Of a stretch of DNA of 64,000 nt, positions 1 to 13,200 are shown one piece after another; the stretch's first letter is position 1; the number at the start of each line of letters is the position of its first letter. Source of the stretch: Tubulanus polymorphus (lineage: Eukaryota > Animalia > Nemertea). Below the pieces are notes generated by a model. It did no database searches. It was not told the DNA's origin and worked only from the letters and a program-made list of their open reading frames with translations. A program made the translations under genes and the position numbers. The stretch lies in the NCBI RefSeq assembly GCF_964204645.1, contig NC_134026.1, positions 14,232,150 through 14,296,149 of the forward strand. The letters are read 5' to 3'.

Positions 1-81
1 CAATAATGAATTAAAACTATGCCGCGATAGTAACTAAGTTAGTATCGAGTTCTACATATCATATGATAATAAGTAAACGGA

Positions 82-150
82 AGTAATTGGAAAATGAGGG
101 TTTCATACCAGAGGTCGAGATGTCGGCACATCACTCATCACCACAAGTAA
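82..150 (+). repeat. Left terminal inverted repeat of copy A
   Basis: Homologous to 42432-42499; followed by ATG GGA GAC at 168. Confidence 0.8.
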
Positions 151-167
151 TTTTTTTCCTCTAAAAA

Positions 168-3132
168 ATGGGAGACAGTGAACACCAAACAGAAAACATT
201 AATGTTAATAAAAATCAATATTTTTGTTCATATTGTAAAAAATACATCGATAAATCTCAAAAATCTCGACATGAAAAAGCTGCAAATCATAAAAAAATGT
301 TATAGATTTCTAGACACCAGAAAATTCCAATGAAAGAAAAGAACGATTAAATGATATGAAAAAGATGAAATTAAATGTAATGTTTGTAATGAATTTATAG
401 CAAAAAGGAATTATAAAAGACATCTCAAATCACAAAAACACAAACAAAATTTTAATAAAGATATTTTAGGAACAGAATATTTTGATGATTAACCTCAACA
501 AGTAAAAAACCAGCTTCAAAAACTGAATCTATTTCAAATAAACCTTATATGAAAAATGTTTGAAATTATATCGATTCACTAGAAATATAAGATAAAATTG
601 AAATTTTAGAAACATTACGCAGTAAAATTGGTCCTGCAGCTATAGTATTTAGGTTTTTAAAGGTACAACAGTAGAAGATTATAGTTAATGTATTGAAATA
701 ATGGAAAAAATAATGGTCCTTGTAACAGATGTTGAATATCCAAAAATTAGTATTGCTGGAAAAGTAACTTTTATAAAATCAGAAGTAAAATGGAGTATAA
801 TATTCAAACACATTCTGAAGAAATAATTTTAAAAACACAAATAAAAGAGCAATTAGAAAAAATATTTAATGAATTTAAATGTGATATTGAGGAAAGATAT
901 TTTGAGGGTTCTGGTTTAACATTGAATGAAATTATATTTTTAGATTTAAATATTTATAATACAAAAAGGAATAAAGCATCAAAAAGTAATACAATGTTTA
1001 CAAATAATTCAAACTTTACAACAGAAAAGGATATTAAAGCATCATCTTATATTAAATTACCATTTACAACAAAGGCAGTAATAAATGTTTTAAAAATGAT
1101 AATAAACGTTTTCTATGGTCAATTATTAGTTGTTTACACCCAACAGAAGATATTACGCATAGTTTTAGAATAACAGATTATCGGAAATATGAAACATTAT
1201 ATAAAATTGATCAATATCCAGTAACCATATAAATGATTTCTAAAATAGAAAAAGTTAATAATTTAAAAATAAATGTATTCGAATTAATGCAATTACCAGG
1301 GACAAAAGGTGAAAATATTAAAGATTATACATTAGAAGCTTTATATTTAAAAGAATATTATGATGATGAAAGTGTTATAGATTTGTTATATTACAAAAAA
1401 AGATGAAAATGAACATTATGTGTGGTTAAAACAAATATATTTATTCTTTAGGACAGAAAGTTATCACCATAATAAAATTTATCTATGTAGAAAATGTTAA
1501 TCTAAATCTAGAACTGAAAATGCGTTACTAAAACATAAAGAATTATGTGATAATAAAGATTTTTGCAAATTAATAATTCCAACAGAAGAAGATTATAAAT
1601 TGAAATTTACTAATTATAAATTCAAAAATATAGTGCCATTTGTAATTTATGGGGATTTTGAATCGTTGAATAAAGAATTAACTGATCAAGATAGAAAAGA
1701 AATATATAACAAAAAGCAATTTTTAAAATCAATGGACAAAGGAAATAAATTAAATGAAAACATAATTCAAGACCCACCAATCATAAATACAATTAAAAAT
1801 GTTCATCAAAGAGCTGCTGCTTATGGAATTTATATAAAATCAAATTATCCTGAATTATATGAAAGTCAATATATTTCTTTTAGAGGTGAAGATGTAGTAA
1901 ATGAATTTTGTAATAAAATAATTGAATTAGAAAGTGATTTTGCACAATTATGATACAAAAAAAAGAATAGTTATGACAAAAGAAGATGAAATTGATTTCA
2001 AGTATGCAACTCATTGTTAACAAAATTTAACAAAAAATTTTTAATAAAACATTAAATATTAGGAATCATTTTAATATAAAAATCATGGTGAATTAGTAGA
2101 TTTTCAAAATCAGATGTTATGATATTGGCTGATATATTTGAAAAATTTAGAGAAGTTAATTCAAATCATTTTAATGTTGATCCTTGTTATTGTTTTTCAA
2201 TTCCTGGTTTAACCTGGCAATGTGGTTTAAAATATACAAATTTAGAATTAGATTTATTAAAACAACCAGACATAGTTTTATTATTTGAAAAATCAAGTAG
2301 AGGTGGAAGTAGTGGTGTTATGGGAGATAGGTATTTTAAAGCAAATGATGAATATAAATTATTATATATTGACGCCAATAATTTATATGGTTGGGCAGTG
2401 ATGCAACCTCAACCATATAATAATTTTATATCAACAGAAGTTCAAAATTATGAGCGCAATTATGAGTTTAGAAGATGATGCACCTATTGGTTATTTCTTT
2501 GTAGTTGATTTAGAATATCCTGATAACATATAGTTCAAAACAAGAAATTTACCTTATTGCCCAGAACATTTAGCCGTAGATGATAGTTATCTAAGTGAAT
2601 ACCAGAAAAAATAAAATCGAAAGACCATGTTTTTACAGAAAAATTAATATTAACACAACATAATAAATATAATTATATTGTTCATTATAGAATGTTAAAA
2701 TTGTATCTATAACAAGGAATGAAATTAAAGAAAGTACATAGATATATTGAATTTAATCAATCGAAGTGGTTAGAAAAATATATAGATTTCAATACTCAAC
2801 AATATCTAAAACAGATTTTGAAAAAGATTTTTTTTAAATTAATGAATAATAGTTTTTTTTGGAAAAACATGTGAAAATATTAGAAATAGAAATGATATTG
2901 AATTAGTAAATAATTCTGAACGATTGAAAGATTTACAATCAAGTCCTAGACACTTAGGAAATAAAAGATTTGAAGATTATTTAACAGCAGTAAAATTACG
3001 ATGAAATTTAATAAACCCATATTCTTTGGTTCAACTGTTTTAGAAATATAAAAATTATTAATGTATGATTTATATTATAATGTTTTACAACCACTTTTTG
3101 GGGAAAAGCATATTGAAATATTATATTTTGAT
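168..3132 (+). pseudogene. Protein-primed family B DNA polymerase (N-extein), with N-terminal C2H2/U1-type zinc fingers
   Basis: Fragments give CSYCKKYIDKSQKSRHEKAANH, exonuclease VIYGDFES, DVMILADIFEKFR, motif A YIDANNLYGWA, motif B KLMNNSFFGK (~2836-2865) and motif C start ILYFD (3118-3132). Confidence 0.9.
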
Positions 3133-3762
3133 TCTGTAACAGCTGATACTCCAATATTATTAAAATACAATAATCAAATATTAATAAGAAGAATTTCAGA
3201 AATAATACCTTATCAAAATAAATTTCATATTTCATATGGTGAAAAAGAATTAATACAAATAAGTGGATTAATGGATGTTTGGACAAAAAATGGATGGAAA
3301 AATTAAAGAATATAATTAGACATAAAACAAATAAAAAGATGTATAGAGTTAGATCTAAATTAGGGTTTGTAGATGTTACTGAAGATCATAGTTTAATTAG
3401 AAAAAATGGTGATGAAATAAAACCAACTGATATAAAAATTGAGATGAATTATGACATAAAAGATTTTATCCAAGAATGAATCATATGTCATTTGACAAGA
3501 TAATTGATAATATTTATAACATAGAACCTGAAATCTTAGAAGAAAAAGAATATTTTATCAAAGGATTTTTTATGGGAGATGGTTCAGCAGGTGTGAATAA
3601 TTATGCTGGAGGCAATAAATATTGTTGGTATTTATGCAATCAAGATTTCAAATTATTAGAAAGAATTAAAAATTATTGTGAAGAAGTTTATTCACATAAA
3701 ACATTTAAAATCGTGGATCATATGAAATCAACAGCAGTTTATAGAATACTTGTAAATAATCC
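3133..3762 (+). mobile_element. Intein (pol-c site) with LAGLIDADG homing-endonuclease motif; frameshifted, C-terminal part lost
   Basis: Directly after YFD: block A SVTADTPILL, then VWTKNGWK-LKNIIRHKTNKKMYRV, block B VDVTEDHSL, block C FIKGFFMGDGSAG; two single-base frameshifts (~3300, ~3441) and a stop join the three ORFs. Confidence 0.88.
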
Positions 3763-3945
3763 AATTCTATATTCTTGCAATAGTGAAAAGTAATACTTCA
3801 ACAAAAGAACAAATCTTAAAAAACATCGATAGTTACATACTAAAAATACGTTATTTTCGAATCGATCGTATGGATTTATTGTTGAAATTTAGTTAAATCG
3901 ACGCCATACTTTACATGGCGATATAACGTGACCTTGCGCTAAGAG

Positions 3946-4895
3946 GTGACTCGTACTCGTGCTAACTCATACGTGTCAAACGGAGAACCGACAATGGGCA
4001 GACCAAAACGTAAACAAAGTCGTAACAGCTCTGGCTCTGCAAGTTCCAACGCATCCAATGAACCGGATCGAAAGAGACATTCAACCAGAAACCGCTCTCA
4101 TCAAGAACCAGTCTACGAAAATGAAAACGAAAACGCCGCATCCGACGATGTTTTTGAAACCCTGCCCTCCGACCGATCTCTACAGGACGAACTTCTGGAT
4201 GTTAAGATTTTAGAAGTTCTGAACAGCGATGTTGTCCGCAGTATTTTAGAACCGTTGGTCAACTCGGTACTGTCATCGTTTAGGAGAGAATTGACGATCA
4301 TTATGAACGATAAGATGGACAGATTGGATACTCTTATGTTTGATCTCGGGAAATCGCAGGACGATCTCAAAAGTCACATAGAGACAGCTGTCGAGAAAAT
4401 GAGTGATTCTCTAAATCTCATCAAACAACAAATTGTTGTCCTGGAAAAGAAATGTTCTGACAACCAGGCTCAAACTAGAGCTCGAAGCTTACCAAGAAGA
4501 ACTAGAAATGTATACAGGGCGTAATTCAGTGCGGATTTTTGAATTGGATATCTTAATTTCAGACAATCCAATCAGACAATCCAATCGATCGTGCGCATTG
4601 GATTGGTAAACCGCCTATCGATCCCCGATTACCACGACCACTCATCGTTAAATTTGTTAGACATCTGAACAAAGAACGCATTCTCAAACAAAGGCGTATT
4701 TTGAAAGGAACGAAAATCCGTATTTGCGAGGATCTCACCAAATGTAGAGCAGATTCTCTTAAGTTTCTATATAACCATGAAAGCGTGAGCGCGTGTTGGT
4801 CGTTTTACGGTCGGATTAATGCGATTTTAAATGGGAAAAAGTTCAACGTAAACGGTTACGCGGAATTCGACAGAATCCTGAAAAGTAAAAAATAA
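3946..4895 (+). mobile_element. LINE ORF1p-like (L1/Transposase_22-type) gene fragment, no ORF2
   Basis: Higher GC than flanks; coiled coil followed by IDRAHWIG...PRPLIVKF...LKGTKIRICEDLT...WSFYGRI. Confidence 0.7.
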
Positions 4896-5123
4896 CGAAT
4901 TCGTTGTGTTTCGAAAACCCGCGCGTGCCAAAATAAATGACTCGAGTATTAAAAGATTAAAAGGAAATAAATGTAAATTCAGAACTTATTTACTAGATAG
5001 ATTTCAAAGATTATCTAGTGAAGATATTGAAGATTTAAAATCTGGGATATTTTATTTCATATATAAAGGTTAGAATGAAAAAGGGCACCATGATATAGAT
5101 TTCGAATAAAATATGTAAAATAA

Positions 5124-5886
5124 ATGCAAGATAAATTAAAGGAATATAGAATATATGTTGATTCTCGAAAACTTACAAATTATAAATCACATAATTTAGT
5201 TGTATAATTAGATAGAGAATTTAAAAATTGTTTAGATTTAAAATTATTAAATAGTAAGTTTATGTAATTCTTTTTATAATATATCGAATAAAACTATTGA
5301 ACACAGAGTCTTTTTAATTCACGATAGAAATACAAATATATGGTTTCATCTTTATCTTAAACCAGGATTATATAATTTAGAAACATTAGTGCAAGAAATT
5401 AATAAAAGAGCACGCTCAAAAATGGGCGCATCTGCTGGATTTGGATTAAGACTTATTGAAAGTGATAGCTCTGATAAGATAAGAATAAAACTAGGCAATG
5501 AATATCAACATCAATTTCTAGTTAAAAAACCTTTAGCTAAACTGTTAGGAATAACACCAGATGTAAGGATACGTAATACTGATGCTACGCCAAACTTAAT
5601 ACCTTAGACACACTTTTATATTTATTGCAATTTAATTGATGCTACAAAAACATTCGAAGCAACTAAAGATACAACTTGTAATTCTAGTATTCTAAATATT
5701 TTACCACTGAAGAATGTTAAAGAATTTGGAAAGTAAATAAATTATGATTTAACAGAATGTGATTTTAAGCCTTGTATATCACAATTTAATAATTTTAAGT
5801 TAGAAATTAGAAATCATAATGGATACTTAATTGATTTAAATAACTTTCCTGTGGCATATGAATTAGTTGTAAGATGTAAAGAGTAA
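5124..5886 (+). pseudogene. Putative minor capsid (penton-like) protein, copy A
   Basis: Homologous to 44474-45145; motifs YVDSR, NSFYNI, PGLYNL, LAKLLGI, FYIYCNLI, GYLIDLNNFPV; internal stops. Confidence 0.65.
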
Positions 5887-5963
5887 GAGTTCACTATATA
5901 AATACGAATATTACAGCAGGACCGAGTATATGTTTTGGGTGTGATTTTAAACATGGTAAAGAA

Positions 5964-8690
5964 ATGAGAATTAAACTAAATGATGTAATTACTGATATTA
6001 AAAGTAAATCATTTAACAATGCATCAATGATTAATAAAGAAAATTATAATATAGAAAAAGTGATTGATTTAATTAAAACATCTTTAGAATATTATGAATT
6101 AAATGAAGATGGAATTATCGATGATATTAAAAACATATTATCTAAAATATATGATAATCATAAAAGTAGTAATGAAATAAATGTTGAAATAATTATAACT
6201 AAGATAACTAAATATTTTGAAGGTGATTTTTTGATAAATAAATGAGTGATAATAAGTGGATAATAACTGGTTTATATAATGGAGCATTACTATCAGTTGG
6301 AACTGTTGGTTATACAATGTTATTCAAAAAAGTATTTAAAATGGGAAGTATTAATGTTGATAGATTTGATATCAATGATATTTTAAAATTAACGTTAGCA
6401 GTTACTTTATCTAATTTAACGATTGATTATTTGGAAAAACAAAAATATATTCCTCCTATAAATGCATAATTTTTGTTAAATAAATGGCATCTGCAATTAT
6501 AACTATGATAGGATCAGCAATTGTTAACGCTTTAGCATTTACAGGTGGTGGTTATTAATTTAAACATATTGATAAAAATGGTTCATTATCAGAAGAAAAA
6601 AGACATAAATTAGCATTAGAAAAATATAATAAAGCTGCAGAAGAATAAAGAGAAAAAAGACAAAACTATATGGATTATATTAATAAAGAATTATATAATC
6701 AGAAAATTTCACATATAGATTTTCAATCAGCCGATGATGCTATGAGTTTATATAACGCAGTAACAAATAAAGAAAAATTACATGTATATAAACCTAAATT
6801 ATCATATTATTATACCCCAGGTAAAGAACAACAACAATATGAAATAATTTGGATTTTAGGTGGAACAGTTATTGTATATTTGTAGCATATAAATTTACAA
6901 ATTAGTAATCTTTTTGTTAAATAAATGGATGATAAAGTTGATATTGATATTATTCCTCATGATATAAATAAAACTAAATCAAAATTATATTTGGAAAAAC
7001 AAATATTAGAATTTGAAAATGATTTAAAAGTTAAAAAGAAAAAATATTTAAAAAGCAAAATTATATTATTTAATTATTAGTGGTTCAGTTACAATTAGTT
7101 CGGTGATTACAGTTTTGGCAATATTCTCGCCATTAACACCTTTAGCTATATCAATTTGCGTTTTAGGTTTAAGTTCTAGTGTTTTAACCGGAATAAGTTC
7201 AAAATTAAATATAAAAAGTTATAAAGAAAAAATAAATCTACCATAAAAGAAATTATATAATTAAAAAATAAATTAGATTATATCATTAGTTTAAATGGTA
7301 ATATAACAATTGAAGAACAAGATAAACTGTTAAAATAATTAATGAATTATTAACTTTTTTATTATATGAATGGGGTTTCCAAAAGCTTTCCAATATAATA
7401 AATCAATCAAATATTCCAGCAATAGATTTTAATAGAAATTTAGATTTTAAATTCAATTAACTTAGAAATTTATGTTACTGAAACAAAGTTTTTTATTCCT
7501 GGAATGGAAAATATATTCAATACATATGAAGTTATTTTTACTGGAGATGAATATAATATATATGAAATATTGGCAGAATCAATTAAATTTTGCTGTTTAT
7601 TGTGCAACAACAGGATGTGGTATAAGTTGGAACAATCATCTTAATAACTTAGATAAAAATTTGAATTATTATCATTTAAAATTAATTCATACAATATTTA
7701 GATTATAGACATACTTTCAAATAAGAATTATATTAAATGAATTAGAATGTCCTTTACCTGGATCGAAATATTTCAAAGAATTGGATAATTATATTTATCT
7801 ATCTAAGTTTATTACAAAATATGTAATGAATTTAATATAAATATTAATTCTGATTTTAGTGCGCATGGTAAATTGCATGGTGTTGGTGAACAGTTCGAAA
7901 TAAAAATATTGATTATATGCATAGAGTTGGAGCTTATCATAATTATAATATTGATAATAATAATGGTTGGGTTCATTTTATTTTAGAAAATAGTATATAA
8001 AGAATAAATCAATCTATAACAATATATTTAATTTGTATTTTAGGTGCACAAGTTGAAACAAGATCACCAATAGTTGGAAATGATAATACATTATTTGACG
8101 CAGAAACAATTCAAAATTTTTATTTGAAGATTCTATTCATAATGATAAAAATAGATCAATTCCAGAAAATATAGTCAGATATCAAACTTATTTAGATAAA
8201 TCACATATTAGATTAAATTATTGTATAGGTCCTAATTTCTTAATTATTTCTGATGATTTAATATTAAAAATGGGAAATATAATTGGTAATGATAATTTGA
8301 TAAAAACTGCAACGATAAATAATTCATTTGCTTTAAATGAGATAAATAAAAAGATTATTACTGCTCACTAATGGAAAGTGAAAAAATTTAAAAAAACATT
8401 CAATCAACAGAAACTAAAACTAAGAATATTAAATTAAATAATGATTCTAAAATAAAAGATTACAATACATCAGAAAATATAAATACTGATAATATCCAGC
8501 ATGAAATAATCAAAACTAATAATGATAGTAAATCCTAAAAATACTAAATTAGCTATAACTTGTATAGGAATTGTAATAGGAGGAATATTATATTTTTGAT
8601 TTTAATTTTTTTGATTTTATAAATGTATGTAGAAGTTGGAGAAGATATTTCAAAGGATACTTTTGATGAACCCGGCATAACTGGAAAAGA
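5964..8690 (+). pseudogene. Decayed block of Polinton unknown and membrane-protein genes (73-75 aa gene at 6242-6469 intact)
   Basis: Colinear homologs of 45162-48000 (MSDNKW..., MASAII..., two-TM gene, KYWQNQLNFAV gene). Confidence 0.8.
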
Positions 8691-8700
8691 CTATACATAC

Positions 8701-8704
8701 AGTA

Positions 8705-8735
<31 letters not shown>
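8701..8735. repeat. (CTA)n microsatellite
   Basis: Direct read. Confidence 0.9.
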
Positions 8736-8736
<1 letters not shown>

Positions 8737-10259
8737 GACATACTGACCAATGCAGCAGTGGCTACTTGTTTGTTCACTCGAGGCGATTGATTGATTGATC
8801 TGAATGTGACATTGGACATCAGCAGTTGATCCAGTGAAAATAATGACCGTCATCAGGTAACTTCACTTGCTTGCTTACTTCGTTCAAAACAATTGTAGAA
8901 ATATGAACATTGAATATTATGAGTGCTGTTTCAGAAATACTATATTGATTGTCTATTGTAGATTATTGTTAGCGTTTTAGTGATGATTTTGTGAGTGGTA
9001 ACTCGTGGGATATTTTAAGAAATTGAAGTAATACGTATCAAATTAGCTCAGAATAGATTGAAAAGAATAGATTGCGATGCATCAAGGTAAGTTTGAAAAA
9101 TGGATTCTGAACCATTAATTGAAAACTCAGTCCAGGTTTAATTGTAAGTTATATGTATTCTGATTTCAGAAAGATAACATTATGCAGTAATCAAAGGAAT
9201 AAAGAGTCAGCATTAGCTGTCATGAAATGAGATTCCAAAAAACAGGCGGTGAAACTCTTTGATTCTGATAAACTGTTGAGGTTGAGATTATGTAGGCTAG
9301 ATTATGTGAATAACTGCACTAGCGAGCTTTCAATTTGAAATGTGATTGAGAATTGTCTTTCTGGTCGAAGCTGGTCTTTATGATTCTAAATACACTATCA
9401 TTCAAATCAGGATGCGATATCAGGATGGTCCCAATTTGTCGATGAACAAAAAATTACTGTTCTTTGTCATGAAATACGTAGTGTCATTACTTATTCTCTT
9501 GTCAGGGGCTGAACAAGATTTTGTACCAGAAGTGAACAATAAATATTGAATTCAGTGAAAATGAGTTTGTCGTGATTAATTTTTCAATCGATTTCTAGCA
9601 AAGTCAACATTTACATTGTGTGGTCCATGAGGAGAGATGATATTGTGAATTTCCAGTGTGATCTTAATAACTTGTCTTGACCAAGTCTCTTAATTTGTCC
9701 CAACTAGCTGTCAGGATCAGGAAATCAGTTGGCCGAGGTGGATCCAAATATCTGATCTCACAGAGCACTGAGGAGTTCAACAATTGTAAAGTTTATTCAG
9801 ATACTAAATATAGTCATTTTACAACACTGTATTAAAACATCAATTCACTAAATACATCTCACGAACGGTAAATATAAAAGGATGTCCCCCGTTCCTTCAA
9901 AATGTTCTGTATTCAGTTACTGTCGCGGCTGAGCTCACCTCGCATTAGATTTGGATGCTTGTTAGTTTGTGTTCCGAGTAGCAGGTAAATTATCAGCAGA
10001 ATGATCTGATACTTACAGCAATTAATGTATTTCCGTCCATTGTAAATGGCAATTTTGATATCGCTCGAAGCTAAGCAGATTCGAAGAGACGCCATCTTAA
10101 CCAGGAAGTTACTTGCTACTTTACATGTTTGACCTTATTTGACATGCATCGAAAATGTAAAATGTATATAATGTAATATATGTATATATCCGGACGCAAT
10201 TACGAGGCATTCATGTAGCACAGCACAATCTCTGACATCAGTAGGGAGGATGGATTTGG

Positions 10260-13200
10260 GGGCTGGTTTAAAACACAATGATTTATTATCTGTGACTGTA
10301 TATATTGATTGAATGGTTACCAGTCCAGCAAGTTCCGTTACTTTCTGTTCATTATATTTGTTACACTGTGTATTTGTGGGAAAGATCCTGATTCCATTTT
10401 GTAAATCTGGGAAATTGGTGGCATGAACATCTGTTTGTCTAGTGCTTAGTGTACGTATATCGTCGGTGCGTAGTGACAGTAGCCCGGATGTAAACAAAAC
10501 AAATCAAAACAAGAACACCGGCATCTGCAATTATGAAGGCGGTTTCGAATCCCATCCGATCGAATCATTTCTTTTATCAGAAATGAAAAGATATTAATCT
10601 TTTAAATCAATAATTATACAACACAATTAATTCACCTAGACATGAATAAGTTGTCCGAAATCTTTAACAAAAATGTCTTCCCTTTTGATTGGCCTACTTA
10701 CACAAAACGGCTCTAGACCGAATTTTGAATATTCCTCAAAACAAATTTGAAGATTAAAACTGAATGTCCAAAACTTCGCAATGAATTCCAATAAATCCTC
10801 AATTACACTTAAAAATCAATTAGAAAAACCTACAACGGTAATTGATTTCATACCGGTATATCTTAACTTGCTCTACATATCTTTTCGTGATATTATTATC
10901 ATCGAGCTAACCTCATGCCTTAGCTCCTGTCCTCTCGTGCATGGGTGAAAAGGTTTCAGAAATTTTTGTAATACTTAATCATTGTCGAAAAAATTCGAAA
11001 AGGGTTTGTCATAAGCTAAATGTCATAATCATTGTGAAACTCTATACTATTTAAGGACTTTTAATTACAATTTGCGTCATCGTATTTGTTTATCAATGAT
11101 TTACAAAAATTTACTTTTCTGCAGGAAACAATATATGTTCATTGACTATGATATTGATCTCAGTGTTTGATAAAAACCGACTGTAGATATGTTTTGATAT
11201 TGTATTGATGAACTTGAACTTATATTTGTCGCTCCATATATAGCATTTATAGGATGAGACATGCAATAAATTGACAAAATAAAACATTGACATGGCATTC
11301 ATTAAATACTTAAGTGCATACATTCTCCCTCTGCATGGACTCGAACCCGATGGCATTGCGAGAAAACCGGAAAAAAACGTGTTTTCAGTCACCGGAACTA
11401 CGTGTGCTTTGTTACTAAATATAGACCGTCATTCCAGTGGATACGTATTAGATCGCACCATATCGTCAGGTGTTTGTAAGCCTTTTCGAAATCTATTACA
11501 TATGTCTGCTAATTTTGCTGACAAACATTGATTGTAAAATCTGATGTTGTGAATAAATCTGTCCAAACGTTATTCGAACCGCCATGTATTATGTCATTGA
11601 AAACAAAGTGGCCCATCACTGGTTTTAGTTGGAAGAAATCGCCAGATGTTATCACGCATAATTGACCAAAGTCTGTCTTTTCAGTTGGTGTTAAAATTTC
11701 ATTTAATCGTCGATGAATATAATGATGCATTTTATTTGAAACCATGCTTATCTCATCAATGATATGATAGTTAACATCAGCCCATTTGTTGTGTCAAGTG
11801 ATTGATTATTTGATACGAAAGGATGCAATGTTGTGCCACCAATGCTGAATGCTGCCACACCTGTTGGCGCAGTAACAACAACAATATTTTGGGGGGACCA
11901 TAGATGAAATGAATTTGTGGATGCGTTTTACCATTTCCTGCACCACCAGACACATGCAAATATAAAGGTGCAGGTGGTTTTTTTAGTTGACCTACTGCAT
12001 ATAAAAGCATATCAGCTGCATGTTTTTTATGACATCGAATACAGCTAGTTGATCAGTGCTCAGCGCAGAGAGCGCAAGTCATTGGTGTCTGGTTATTCTG
12101 AAACAAATGGATTGTTAGTGTCATTTGATTGTAAATCAACGTAGTTGTACATATCATTTAACGCAATGTCTGTCTGTATAGGTTCATTGGGTTTATGAGT
12201 GTTAGGAGCAATGACAGGACCAATGTCAGTAGAGTTGTGAGTGACGCTGGTAATTTGAAGCAGCTGCTGTTTGTGCTGAAAGAACTGAGTATTATTTGTC
12301 CATATCTACATGGTATATCTGGAATGATTCAAATGCAGTTGCATGTCTCAATAGATCAGATTCATATCTGAATGGCCAGTATAAAAGAAGAAGATGGTAA
12401 AAGTAATCATCGCCATCTGATGTTTGCGTTACTCTTTGCATGTTAACACAGCATGGTATTTGGCGTTTATGTATGAAGCCATAACTTGACTGAAGGGGAA
12501 TCATATTTTTTAAGTGTTTTTGGTTAAGTTTCGTAGAGCAAGTAGGTAGAGGCGAATTTATATAGAGTCAAAGGTGTTGAATTCAGTAGTGTTCGGTCAA
12601 TGAATGTAACGATTTATCAAATTTGAATGGAAAATGTCTGTTTACTGATCAACCATATCTAAGATATCTGCAGCTGGCTTGAGGAGCTCATTCTCTTTTC
12701 TGGTCTCTTAGTATTTATGAAAATTGTACTTCTTGATGAATCAGTGGAAGAGAACCTAATCGGAAAATCAGCTTCATGTTGGTTGATCTGTCTGTTAGTA
12801 AGCAATGTATGGCCTATAGCACGTAAAACTTTTGTTTGAGTGTTAGTATTTTGAGGTTTCAATTTTGCAGCTATTTTAAAGTGGAGATCTTTGGTTTCAG
12901 GTTTACATATATATGTTGAAATGTAATCGGCAGCACCTACAGCTGATCCGATGATCTGTATGTCCATATTTGCATTCCATTTGTCAAGTATGCATGTATT
13001 GTAAGGGTTGATCATGGTTTCATAATATGCCCTCTTTAGACTGTAGAAGTGTGATTTCGTTATAGGTGTTTTATTACAAAGATTTTAGTTGTACGAGTCG
13101 GTAATTGAAGGAAAAGTGAAACGGCAATTTGATTTTTGTGTACGACATGTGTGGATATGGCTGTGTGTTTGCAGTTTTGTCAGATTATGGTGATGGGAGT

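Larger units (their letters stand above)
82..8690 (+). mobile_element. Polinton/Maverick copy A: left TIR, decayed pPolB with intein, interrupting LINE-ORF1-like piece, then penton-like and membrane-gene block; truncated on the right, possibly a composite of two fragments
   Basis: Starts AGTAATTGG...TTTCATACCAGAG...CACTCATCACCACAAGTA, like the TIR of the bounded copy at 42432; gene remnants are colinear with 42527-48000; many stops and frameshifts. Confidence 0.85.

Noticed and set aside
168-3800. Frequent stops as an alternative genetic code or programmed frameshifting
   Set aside because: All three stop types occur, lesions differ between copies and host exons use the standard code; ordinary decay (or homopolymer sequencing error) explains them
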